A DNA stretch of 64,000 nt from Candidatus Nanohalarchaeota archaeon (GTDB taxonomy: Archaea; Nanohalarchaeota; Nanosalinia; Nanosalinales; Nanosalinaceae), in contig JALDAJ010000001.1 of NCBI GenBank assembly GCA_022729235.1, forward strand, positions 608,001-672,000. The letters are read 5' to 3'. How positions within the stretch are numbered: position 1 is the stretch's first letter; every line of letters begins with the position of its first letter. The translations under genes were made by a program, and so were the position numbers. Under the pieces are notes generated by a model. It was not told the origin of the DNA and did not search any database. It was given only the letters and a program-made list of their open reading frames with translations. Below, piece by piece: positions 55,237 through 64,000 of this stretch.

Positions 55237-56418
55237 ATGAAAGGAATGATTTACACGACGTTTGCGATTCTCGCTGCCTCACTGATTTTCTTTATGGCAG
55301 CGCTTCCTATGACGTCCACGGTTGACATAGATACTTCGGAGGCGATAAGGATAGGAGAGGCTTCCTTCTACCTGGACAGTGTACTGGAAGATGTGGAGAG
55401 GAGTACAGGGATAGCTGTTCGTAGAGGTTTGACGGGAGCGTCCAACTATATAATCGGGACTGGGGAGCCGTTGGATGATGCAGAAGATGATCTTACCGAG
55501 GCTATAGTGAACGGTTCCATAAACGGTGTGGAGCTTAATGCTACGGAGAACGCATCTCTTGGGGAATGGGGTGACAGAGTTGAGAACATGACAGAGGAGG
55601 CAGGATACCGGCTTGAGATGAGGGTTTCTGATTACAGCTTTGATTCCTCCGGGTTCCATGTCGAGACATCGAAGCAGCTTGAGGCTAGGCTGGAGGATCC
55701 TGTGACCCTGGCATCTTTCAACAGGTCAGTGTCTGTCGATGTGGATGCGGAGGTCAAAGGAGTTGAAGACCCGATGCTGCTTCTGCGGTCTGCAGGCAGG
55801 TATACTACGTCTATTAACTACTGTGGATTTGATGAACCGGCGAACTATCTAGATACTGGCAGCAGTCATAACTCTCCGTCGGTTCTTGGTGAAGCTGTGG
55901 TGGAACCGGGTAGTAGCCTTGAAGAGGTCGAGGACAGGAATGACAAGATTCTCGTAGTTGAGGATGTAGACGGGGAGGACGAGAGCGAGGTCGAAGAGTT
56001 CAGGGGCGTGGTTTCGTACCAGTCCGCTGATCCTGTGGACACGGGATACGTATATGGTATAGATGACCTGGGTATCGGGACAGGACAGGATCTTATCCTT
56101 TACGGTAACGAGGTATGGGAGTCGAACTTCAGGCAGATGATTTTCCAGGACTGCTACGTACCTGCAGACGCCCCTGGTCTCATGGAGAGGTATGAGAACG
56201 ATCTTACCGAGGTTAATGATGGGATGCTTACTTTTGTGGATGTCGGGTCTTTACCCGATGCTTTGAGGCACGAAGAAACTGCTGTTGGCTACAAGTACTT
56301 CCCGGGCGACGGCGGGGAAGAGCTCAATAATATAGCAGGTGTGACTGACAGGTACAGCTGGTTCCGGCTTGATAATGAGGATGCGGAAAGACTTGGGGTG
56401 CAGGAACTGGTCAAGTGA
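55237..56418 (+). CDS. Minor pilin-like protein
   Basis: MKG|MIYTT followed by a hydrophobic helix, and GVEDPML. Confidence 0.7.
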   Translation: MKGMIYTTFAILAASLIFFMAALPMTSTVDIDTSEAIRIGEASFYLDSVLEDVERSTGIAVRRGLTGASNYIIGTGEPLDDAEDDLTEAIVNGSINGVELNATENASLGEWGDRVENMTEEAGYRLEMRVSDYSFDSSGFHVETSKQLEARLEDPVTLASFNRSVSVDVDAEVKGVEDPMLLLRSAGRYTTSINYCGFDEPANYLDTGSSHNSPSVLGEAVVEPGSSLEEVEDRNDKILVVEDVDGEDESEVEEFRGVVSYQSADPVDTGYVYGIDDLGIGTGQDLILYGNEVWESNFRQMIFQDCYVPADAPGLMERYENDLTEVNDGMLTFVDVGSLPDALRHEETAVGYKYFPGDGGEELNNIAGVTDRYSWFRLDNEDAERLGVQELVK

Positions 56419-56453
56419 TGAGAAGAAAAAGTAAGGAGGGGAAAGAAACGGCT

Positions 56454-56888
56454 TTATGCCATTTCTCCTGTCAGCGTACCTGTCGAGTTAGCTGAATCGA
56501 ATTCGCCTCTCTCATACTGGACTGATATATCGAAGTCGTTACAGGTTCCTTCCTGTGCAGAAAGGTCTGTGATGTCAAACACAGTTGATTCGCCGTTTCC
56601 GAGTTCTTCGTCAAACGTAGTTACTGTATCTCCGACGTAGATGTCCTCTACCATGACCTGTTCACCGGCGTTGTTGGTGACCTCTAGCTGTAGGTATTCT
56701 CCAACTTCAAAGTCGGTTACTGCGACTTCGGTTGCTTCGAATCCGGATGTACCTTCTAGACACTGTCCCTGTACCGTCATGAAGATCGCTCCTCCGACGA
56801 TAGCGACTACTAGAAGCATCCATCCGTAGGTCATCAGGTACTCGATCGCTGACTGTCCTTTTCTTGTGTTGAATGTTTGTTTGCTCAT
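56454..56888 (-). CDS. Major type IV pilin candidate
   Basis: RKG|QSAIEYLMTYGWMLLVV. Confidence 0.88.
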   Translation of the reverse strand: MSKQTFNTRKGQSAIEYLMTYGWMLLVVAIVGGAIFMTVQGQCLEGTSGFEATEVAVTDFEVGEYLQLEVTNNAGEQVMVEDIYVGDTVTTFDEELGNGESTVFDITDLSAQEGTCNDFDISVQYERGEFDSANSTGTLTGEMA

Positions 56889-56957
56889 CAGGTTTTACAC
56901 CTGGGAATCTATGCGATAATTGGCTTGTCCGTTATAAAAAGCCTTTTATCAGGGTTT

Positions 56958-57938
56958 TCAGGTGAAACCTCCCATAAGCGATGCTATACCGCCCTTTATG
57001 ATGAAGAAGAGTATCAGTGAGACTGTAATCATGACTGGTATGTACTTCGCTCCTTCTTTGACGTTCGCGTTCTTTATCTCGGAGATAATCAGCGCTGCAA
57101 AGAAGTTGATGACTATTATAGCTATTATAGAGAACTGTTCGAAGAACGCAGTTTCTACCTGCGGTTCCTGGAATGTGAGCCCGAGTTCTCCGCCTGTCTG
57201 CATCTCGCCGATATCGGTGTCGTCCCACATATCTGCGGTTGTTTCTGACATGTAGACGCTGATTGAGAAGAGTAGTGGTGCTCCGACTACTGCAGCCATC
57301 AGTATGAACATGACGTACATCTTGATGTTCGAGTTGATTTCCTGCCGGAGTTCCATAGAGTTTCTTATGTCGTCCGCACTTGATTCCAGGAGTTTAGCTG
57401 TGTTCCCTCCTGATTCCAGCCCGTCGACCAGGAGTTTGATGGTTTCCTTGAACAGTCCGGATTTGACCCGTGACTCCATTTCTCCCAGCGCTTCTTCCAC
57501 TGGTTTACCCCCGAACATCTCCATCGCGGTCTGCCTGAGTTCCTCTGCTAGAGGTCCGAACTCGTCTCTTGCGCTTAAAAGGAATGCTTTTTCGATGTTC
57601 AGCCCGGATTTCATGTTGGCGCTTATCAGCAGTAACGCATCGGGTAGGACATTTTCCATTTCTTTTTTACGGCGTTCAGCGGCGATAGATATTATCACGT
57701 ACGGTATCAGTGGTGGGGCGGTTACCAGGGAGAGTACCAGGAGAACTGACCTCCATACAAGGCTGTAAGGCAGAAGTAAAGCAGTTAGTATCACGGCTAC
57801 GGAAACTGCTGCCATCCCGTTTATCACTAATTTTTCCGGGTTCTGAATGTCTGCGTATACCGCCTCCTGTTCTACTTTTTCTCGGTATACCTCTGGCAGT
57901 TTTTCGTACAACCCTTTGATACTTATGGCGGTTTTCAT
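56958..57938 (-). CDS. Type IV pilus membrane platform protein (TadC/PilC-like)
   Basis: LPDALLLISANMKSG, FGPLAEE, SGG. Confidence 0.88.
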   Translation of the reverse strand: MKTAISIKGLYEKLPEVYREKVEQEAVYADIQNPEKLVINGMAAVSVAVILTALLLPYSLVWRSVLLVLSLVTAPPLIPYVIISIAAERRKKEMENVLPDALLLISANMKSGLNIEKAFLLSARDEFGPLAEELRQTAMEMFGGKPVEEALGEMESRVKSGLFKETIKLLVDGLESGGNTAKLLESSADDIRNSMELRQEINSNIKMYVMFILMAAVVGAPLLFSISVYMSETTADMWDDTDIGEMQTGGELGLTFQEPQVETAFFEQFSIIAIIVINFFAALIISEIKNANVKEGAKYIPVMITVSLILFFIIKGGIASLMGGFT

Positions 57939-58789
57939 GTCTTAACCTCCGGTCTTTTCGATTTAACGAAGTTCAGGAAAACTAGCTGGAAGAGTATAAG
58001 CCCTCCTATTATCTGGTAGAATGTGAACTTGCCGAGTCCTACGCCTGTGAATGTTGAGAGGACTATCAGGAAGGTAACACCCAGTGAAGGGACGATTACT
58101 GCTACCATGAGGTATACGAGTACGTAGGGATTTAGCTCCTTCCCGTATCTTTTGACATCCAGCTTCTGCTGTTTCACCATCGAGTCTACCAGCGACTCCA
58201 GTGTATTCGAGATATCGGTACCGGATTTAAGTGCGTTGATCATCTGCCACATCGCCCTGCGGTACTGCTGGGAGGGGTTCCTGACTATTGAGTCTTCCAG
58301 CGCCTGTATCTGTGGCTTTCCGCCGTTGATGTCTTTTACGATGAGGTTGAACTCTTTCGATGCTTCCCCGTAGTCTTCACTGACAGATACCATCGCCTCG
58401 TAAAGTGATATACCGGATCGTACCTCTATCAGCATGTGCCTCAGTGCGTAGGGAAGGTCTTTTTCGAGCTCCCTTGATCGGCGTTTCGCCTTGATTTTAG
58501 GGTAGTTAGCGAATGTCAGGAATCCGAAGAAGCTTACCAGTGGAAACCCTGCGATGGACAGGAATGCTATCTGGAGTTCTTCAGTTACGATGCCGAAGAG
58601 AGCCATAGATAGTGATAAAACCAGTCCGACCTGCATACCCCGGAGTACGGCAGAAGCCAGGAACCTGTCCGGGTCTGTATCCATCCTGGCGCGTGTCAAA
58701 TCCCGCTGTATGTTTGGGACAAGCTTTTTCGCCTTCTCTGCAACCGGTAGCAGTGGCTTTAAAACTCTCTCTGAGGTTTCGAACCTCAT
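57935..58789 (-). CDS. Type IV pilus membrane platform protein (TadB/PilC-like)
   Basis: LPYALRHM, YGEASKEF, RNPS. Start taken at MRFETSE. Confidence 0.88.
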   Translation of the reverse strand: MRFETSERVLKPLLPVAEKAKKLVPNIQRDLTRARMDTDPDRFLASAVLRGMQVGLVLSLSMALFGIVTEELQIAFLSIAGFPLVSFFGFLTFANYPKIKAKRRSRELEKDLPYALRHMLIEVRSGISLYEAMVSVSEDYGEASKEFNLIVKDINGGKPQIQALEDSIVRNPSQQYRRAMWQMINALKSGTDISNTLESLVDSMVKQQKLDVKRYGKELNPYVLVYLMVAVIVPSLGVTFLIVLSTFTGVGLGKFTFYQIIGGLILFQLVFLNFVKSKRPEVKT

Positions 58790-58868
58790 GCCTAGGGTTT
58801 TCGCGGGATTAAATAAAAAGGGAAAAGTCGCCGTGCTATTTTTATAGAGGAAGAACAAGAGTTTACCT

Positions 58869-59189
58869 ATGGAAACATTTGGACTGTTCCTGAACTTTCT
58901 GACCCTTCTGCTATCGCTTTCATGTTTGGTTTTGATTTACCTGGCGATAGACCGGTGCAGGGAGTCTGAATTTGTCCCGCTTTACTATTTCATAGCCTTG
59001 AGCGCGGGTGGTGTAATGGCGCTGTCGGTTGCGAGGGTAGAAGCAATTTTCTGGGGTAATGGAATAGTTCTCTCGTCATCGCTTCTACAGGATCTTTTGA
59101 TATCGTACGTGGCGCTTTTCATCTTCGGTTCGATATGGCAGAGCCATGAGGCAGAGCTGTGTATGATCCCTCTTTTAGGGGAAGAATAA
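58869..59189 (+). CDS. Small three-TM membrane protein
   Basis: Hydrophobic 106 aa ORF on the opposite strand within the pilus locus, with a TTTATA box upstream. Confidence 0.55.
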   Translation: METFGLFLNFLTLLLSLSCLVLIYLAIDRCRESEFVPLYYFIALSAGGVMALSVARVEAIFWGNGIVLSSSLLQDLLISYVALFIFGSIWQSHEAELCMIPLLGEE

Positions 59190-60854
59190 CTACTCTTCAA
59201 GGATGTGATCCGGGTCTTCGTCGTTTTCCGAGGCAGAAACTACCTTATCCGGGTTGGAGTAGTATTCGGCGATGATTTTTCCGACGCCGTGAACCGTGTT
59301 CACTCCTCTTTCCTCCATCCATTCAAGCACTCTTTTCTTCTCCTCCAGGTTCTCCTCCAGTTCTTTCCGTGTCATTCCTGTGTGCAGGTTAAGTGTCTCG
59401 AATATCGCCTGTGATTCCTGTTTCTTCTCGACCTCGTCTTCCTTGGATTTCCACTCGTATATCACGTCGGCAGTGACCTCGTTTTCCTTGGTTGTTACCT
59501 CTGCTACTTCCATGCACCGCCGGAAGTTCCTCCGTCTATCTCTAAACATGACAACGTTGACATCGACCGCGTCCACCATCGTCTTCGGGACGTCGATAGG
59601 AGGGTTGACCAGGCGGCGGACGGTCTGCTGTGCGGTATCTGCGTGCAGTGTCGAGTAAACCGAGTGACCTGTGTGCATCGCCTCGAACAGTACTTCCGCC
59701 TGCTGCTTCTTCCTTATCTCTCCTACAAGGATGCGGTCGGGACGCATACGGAGTGCGTTGACGAGCAGGTCAAGCATCGATACGCCTCCTTTACCTTCCG
59801 GGTTGGGTTCTCTTGTCGTAAGTGGAACCCAGTGCAGGAACTCTGGTAGCGAGACCTCTCGGGTATCCTCTATAGAAAGGACGCGCTGGTTCGGTGGGAT
59901 GAAAGGCATCAACACGTTTAGGAGCGAGGTCTTACCTGCTCCGGTACCCCCGGAAACTATCAGGTTGAGCTCATACTGCAGGCACAGCCAGAGAAAGGCT
60001 GCGACATCTCTGCTTATAGTCCCGTTCTCTATGAAATCGGTTATTGTCCACGGGTCCCGCGCGAATTTTCTTATCGTTATAGTGTTTCCCTGGGTTGATA
60101 TAGGATAAAGTGTTGCATTTGTACGGTCGCCCGAGGGAAGGTGTGCGTCCAGAAGCGGGTGCAGTGAGGAGATGTTTTTTCCTACACGCCGACCTATCTC
60201 GGACGCGTAATTGTAAATCTGGTCTTCGTCCTGGAAGGTGACATCGGTCTTCATCCATCCGAGTTCTTTGTGGTATACCCAGGCAGGTTCATCGCTGGAG
60301 TTGATAACTATCTCTTCCAGGTGCTGGTCGTTGAGAAGTATCTCTATGTCTCCCAGCCCAAGCATCTCGTGGATCAGGTTGCCTATAAGTATTTTTTTCG
60401 CTCTTTCCCGGGTCTCTGGAAGCTCTTCCTCGAGCTGTTCCATTGCCTGGTCCCGGAACTTCTTTTTCACGTTCTGAAGCTCTTTCGCGTTTACAAACTC
60501 TTCTGTTGAAAGGTCTACTTCTTTTACAACCTGTTCCTTCAGGTCGCTGAGGACTGCCTCTGTCGCGGTCCGTATCTCTGGTCTCTCAACCTCGTAAATA
60601 AGTACGTAATCCTCTTCGGTTTCACTGATTTCTACGTGGGCAGGGATGCCGTCCGCCTCTACCTTGTACTCCTCTTTAAGCTCTTTTTTACCCGGTCCTT
60701 CTTGCTCTTCTCGCGGTACGTCAATTTCTTCTTCATCTATTCCGGAATCTTCCTGTTCTACAGGTTCTTCTACTATTTCTTCTTCCTGTCCCTCCTCCTC
60801 TTCTTCTTCGACCGGTACCGAGTCTATCTCAACTTCCTCTTCGTCCTCACTCAT
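59190..60854 (-). CDS. Type IV pilus assembly ATPase (VirB11/CpaF/PilB family)
   Basis: TIRKF, GGTGAGKT, IEDTRE, LRMRPDRILVGE, TGH...TLHA. Confidence 0.93.
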   Translation of the reverse strand: MSEDEEEVEIDSVPVEEEEEEGQEEEIVEEPVEQEDSGIDEEEIDVPREEQEGPGKKELKEEYKVEADGIPAHVEISETEEDYVLIYEVERPEIRTATEAVLSDLKEQVVKEVDLSTEEFVNAKELQNVKKKFRDQAMEQLEEELPETRERAKKILIGNLIHEMLGLGDIEILLNDQHLEEIVINSSDEPAWVYHKELGWMKTDVTFQDEDQIYNYASEIGRRVGKNISSLHPLLDAHLPSGDRTNATLYPISTQGNTITIRKFARDPWTITDFIENGTISRDVAAFLWLCLQYELNLIVSGGTGAGKTSLLNVLMPFIPPNQRVLSIEDTREVSLPEFLHWVPLTTREPNPEGKGGVSMLDLLVNALRMRPDRILVGEIRKKQQAEVLFEAMHTGHSVYSTLHADTAQQTVRRLVNPPIDVPKTMVDAVDVNVVMFRDRRRNFRRCMEVAEVTTKENEVTADVIYEWKSKEDEVEKKQESQAIFETLNLHTGMTRKELEENLEEKKRVLEWMEERGVNTVHGVGKIIAEYYSNPDKVVSASENDEDPDHILEE

Positions 60855-61743
60855 TTTTCTTCGATTCGAGCCATCTCAGAAGTGTTTCACGGTTTTTACC
60901 GGATTTTTCAAGCGATATTATTTTTTCATAGTTGGGCGAATCCATGTCAACTATCTGCTGCTTTGCCTCGTCTACTGTACCGTTTAAGGCTTTCTTGTAG
61001 CCGTTTGAACCTACAAGGTTTGAAATCTTCTGTGTGAATGACTTGAATAATCCTCTCGCTTCTTTCTGCCCTTTTTCCAGATCTTCAAGTTTGTCCTCCA
61101 CTTCTTTTGCGGTTTCCGCGTGTTTTTCCAGTTTCTTCAGGGCTTTCACTTTTTTCCTTATCTCGTCTTTTTTCTCCTCGAACTCTTCTGCCTTGCTCTC
61201 TGCCTCCTCTATTTTCTCCATCTTGGAGTCTATCTTTGAAAGCAGCTCTATTGAACTTGAGTGAATTTTTTCCTCTTCCTGTTTGTTCTTTTCCAGCCGT
61301 TGCTCCAGTTCTTCTTCCATCTCTTCAAGCTCAACCAGCTGTTCTTTCAGTTCCTCTTCTTTTTTCCTATTATCTTCCAGGTTTTCAGCCAGTTTCTTGA
61401 GTTCCTTTCTTGCTTCCTTGACTTTTTTCTGCCGGGACTTCAGCTCGTTTTCTACATCTTCTGTCTTCTCTTCTACTTCTTCTTTCAGTTCCTCGAGTTT
61501 GTCCTCTGCAGCTTCCTTGTTCTGTTTGGTGTACTTGAGAACCATACCTTTCCGTGCGGAGTAACTTTTCTCTACGAACCCGTTTTCGTCGAGGGCTTTT
61601 GCCCACTCCTTGATTCTTTTCTCTGAGACGCCAAGGTCTTCTGATATCTGGGATACGTTAGCCTTCTGGTTTTCAGCCAGGTAGTTAAGTAGTGTGTCGA
61701 CCCCGGTTTCTATGACCACATTTTCCCATTTATCTTCTGCCAT
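60847..61743 (-). CDS. Winged-HTH + coiled-coil protein
   Basis: IETGVD...WAKALDENG, then a coiled coil and C-terminal GTVDE...EKSGKNRETL. Confidence 0.7.
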   Translation of the reverse strand: MAEDKWENVVIETGVDTLLNYLAENQKANVSQISEDLGVSEKRIKEWAKALDENGFVEKSYSARKGMVLKYTKQNKEAAEDKLEELKEEVEEKTEDVENELKSRQKKVKEARKELKKLAENLEDNRKKEEELKEQLVELEEMEEELEQRLEKNKQEEEKIHSSSIELLSKIDSKMEKIEEAESKAEEFEEKKDEIRKKVKALKKLEKHAETAKEVEDKLEDLEKGQKEARGLFKSFTQKISNLVGSNGYKKALNGTVDEAKQQIVDMDSPNYEKIISLEKSGKNRETLLRWLESKKNE

Positions 61744-61787
61744 CAGAACATTACTGTTTTAATTTCACTTGGTTTTAAAGACTAGTT

Positions 61788-62732
61788 ATGCTCATAGTTT
61801 TCTCCCACGTACTGGCGTTCTCCGTGCTATTCATTGCTGCTATCTGGGACCTTTACACGACCGATGTCCCGGATTTCCTCGGTGTAATCGGAGTTATCGG
61901 CGGTATATCTCTTCACGGGGCTCATGCGTTTGTTACAGGTTCTATAGACCCTATAATGTGGAGTCTTGGGGCAGGACTTGTTTTCTCTGTATTCGGTTGG
62001 GGAATGTACCTGCTCGGTCTGTGGGGAGGTGCCGACGCGTTTGCGATGAGTGTCCTCGGTTTTGCAGCGCCTTACGGGATAGGAAGTATAAGTGCTCTGC
62101 ACGGCGTTAACCTGTTTGTGAATATAATGATAGTAGGGTTTGTCTACTCCCTGCTTTTCGCGTTCTACCGCGCGCTCAGGTCCGGGACGGTTTTCCGGAA
62201 GACTCTATCCCGGATAAAAGAGGATGAGCGCAAGATATCCGCTGAGATTTTGCTGGGAGCTGTTCTTGCTGTGGCAGCGGAGTTTACAGGGTTGAATGGT
62301 ATTGTTTACTTTACTGCTATCGTGTCCCTGGTCTTCCTCTTCCGCTTCTTGAAAGTTCTTGAGGAGGAAGAGATGAAGTTCGACAAGAGCATAGAAGATA
62401 TTGAACCGGGAGATGTTGTTTCCCTGGAGAACCTGGATATAGGGGTTGCGAGAGAGAAGAACATGACTGGCAGGTATCTGGAGCTACTGAGGGTGAAGTC
62501 TGGCGAAATAGGATTTTCTTCTATAGGTGATAGACTTGAACCGCTTGAGAACAGGATAGGTTACCCGGCGGTCGTGGGTATAACCGAGGACGAAATAGAA
62601 GAGCTAGTGAACGAGGGCGTTGAAAGCGTTGAAGTCCAGACCGGGGCGCGTTTCGTACCTGTATTCCCTGTTGCGTTACTCATCACGAGCGCTTACGGCG
62701 GCGGAATAGTTTTTCTGCTCCAGGTATTCTAG
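61788..62732 (+). CDS. Prepilin peptidase (A24, PibD/FlaK-like)
   Basis: AAIWDL, WGGAD, RFVPVF, multi-TM. Confidence 0.88.
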   Translation: MLIVFSHVLAFSVLFIAAIWDLYTTDVPDFLGVIGVIGGISLHGAHAFVTGSIDPIMWSLGAGLVFSVFGWGMYLLGLWGGADAFAMSVLGFAAPYGIGSISALHGVNLFVNIMIVGFVYSLLFAFYRALRSGTVFRKTLSRIKEDERKISAEILLGAVLAVAAEFTGLNGIVYFTAIVSLVFLFRFLKVLEEEEMKFDKSIEDIEPGDVVSLENLDIGVAREKNMTGRYLELLRVKSGEIGFSSIGDRLEPLENRIGYPAVVGITEDEIEELVNEGVESVEVQTGARFVPVFPVALLITSAYGGGIVFLLQVF

Positions 62733-64000
62733 CTTATGATAGTTATATCTTCCGATTCTGAGCCAGGCTCTGACATCTCCTGAGCCCGGAGTTTCTGCTC
62801 AAGTTCGTGTATCTTCTCCTGGTTCGAGAGCACGTGCTCCGCCAGGTTGTCAATCTTTCTCTCAAGGGAGGAAAGGTCGGCTCCGCCTGTGTTTTCTTGA
62901 CCGGTCGCGACGGGCTGAGGCAGCTGTTCCTGCCTGTCCGCCCGGTCTTTCAGCTCTTCTACATCTTCGACGCGTCTCTCGACATTGTCTATCTTGGTAT
63001 TGACAAGTTCCTCCATATCTTCAAGCTTCTGGTCGAGTCTCTCGACCTGTGCCTTGAGACGGTTCTCGTTCCTGTTCACACTCTGACCGATTTCCTGTAC
63101 CTTGGAGCTTACCTGTTTCTGACCTTTTTCTGTCTCGTCTCTTATTTTTTCCAGCCTTTTCTCGGTCTGTTTCGCATTTTTTGCTATCTGCGCATCGAGC
63201 TTCTCCAGCTCAGTTTCAAGGTTCTCAACGTAGCCCTGGTTGTTTTTCACGAGTTCGACGATGCGGTCGATACGCTCCGCGAAGTCCTGGTGGCTGCCCT
63301 GTACCTGTTCTAGTACTTCTTCCTGCACAGTTTCTTCCAGGCTACCTATTCTCTGTTCTCCTTCCCTAACTGCACGGTCTACTTCTGAGCCTAGCTGTCT
63401 TAACCTGTCCTCTACTTCGCCGTGTAGTTCTTCAAGCTCCTCGTCTAGGTCCTCTGTCTTGACAGTGTTCTCCAGTCTTCTCTCTATATCCTCCTTGAAT
63501 GCTTCAAGTTGCTGGCTCTCCTGCTCTTCTACATTTCTTTCCAGTTTCTTTAACCGTCTCCTGATATCTCTTACCTGTGTCTGGTCAAGTTTCTGGGATA
63601 GCCCGTCTTTTTCGAGCGAGGCTAGCCGGGACTTTATCGCGTTCAGGTCGAACTGTACTGCCCCGAGGCTTTCCGTGTCTGCGTCAACTTCTCCGGTGTC
63701 TAAGCTGGTTCTTTCGGTGTTGAGTTCTCGCTCAGGTCTGCGGTCCTGGAGCCGTGAGACCTCTGATTCCAGATCTATTATACGGTCTTCAAGTCTTTCC
63801 TCGATACCTCTTGCTCTCTCAACTTTTTTCTCCAGGTTCTCCATTTTTTTGAGAGGTTCATCGAGCTTCTGTATATCTTCCTCGCTGAGTCCTGATTCCT
63901 CGGATCCGGATTTCTCTATCTTTTTCAGCTCTTTCCTGAGCTTCTTCACTTCTTTAGTAACTTTCTTGAGTTGTTTGTAGTTGGATTTGACGGCGTTCTT
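62729..64000 (-). CDS. Long coiled-coil protein (5' end probably outside the window)
   Basis: Heptad-rich. The frame stays open to the window edge. Confidence 0.7.
   Translation of the reverse strand, partial: KNAVKSNYKQLKKVTKEVKKLRKELKKIEKSGSEESGLSEEDIQKLDEPLKKMENLEKKVERARGIEERLEDRIIDLESEVSRLQDRRPERELNTERTSLDTGEVDADTESLGAVQFDLNAIKSRLASLEKDGLSQKLDQTQVRDIRRRLKKLERNVEEQESQQLEAFKEDIERRLENTVKTEDLDEELEELHGEVEDRLRQLGSEVDRAVREGEQRIGSLEETVQEEVLEQVQGSHQDFAERIDRIVELVKNNQGYVENLETELEKLDAQIAKNAKQTEKRLEKIRDETEKGQKQVSSKVQEIGQSVNRNENRLKAQVERLDQKLEDMEELVNTKIDNVERRVEDVEELKDRADRQEQLPQPVATGQENTGGADLSSLERKIDNLAEHVLSNQEKIHELEQKLRAQEMSEPGSESEDITIIS

Noticed and set aside
1-64000. CRISPR arrays, rRNA genes, transposases/integrases
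   Set aside because: No regularly spaced repeats, rRNA-like sequence or recombinase motifs were seen, including beside either tRNA.

Overview
Archaeal DNA with a strongly acidic proteome, dense gene packing, TATA-like boxes about 25 nt before start codons, and DPANN-type class III pilins. It is most consistent with a Nanohaloarchaeota genome (inferred, not searched). The window holds translation and RNA genes (glyS, trpS, pheS, pheT, pth2, truD, endA, rnhB, tRNA-iMet, intron-containing tRNA-Val) and sugar metabolism genes (ROK kinase, pgk, ppsA). It also holds TIP49, HerA, a MoxR(intein)-DUF58-vWA operon, a RelE-type toxin-antitoxin island, two clusters of secreted Ig/WxL-like surface proteins and a complete type IV pilus locus. 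The main finding is missed by the ORF track: all three aminoacyl-tRNA synthetase loci are preceded by tiny leader ORFs sharing the cassette GGN-GGN-NNN-TTT-[codon of the cognate amino acid], namely Gly before glyS, Phe before pheS and Trp (three copies) before trpS. For glyS and pheS, a +1 shift at the TTT opens a stop-free frame whose TGA overlaps the synthetase GTG start (GTGA). This points to a prfB-like, hungry-codon +1 frameshift switch that senses amino-acid starvation and regulates archaeal aaRS genes.
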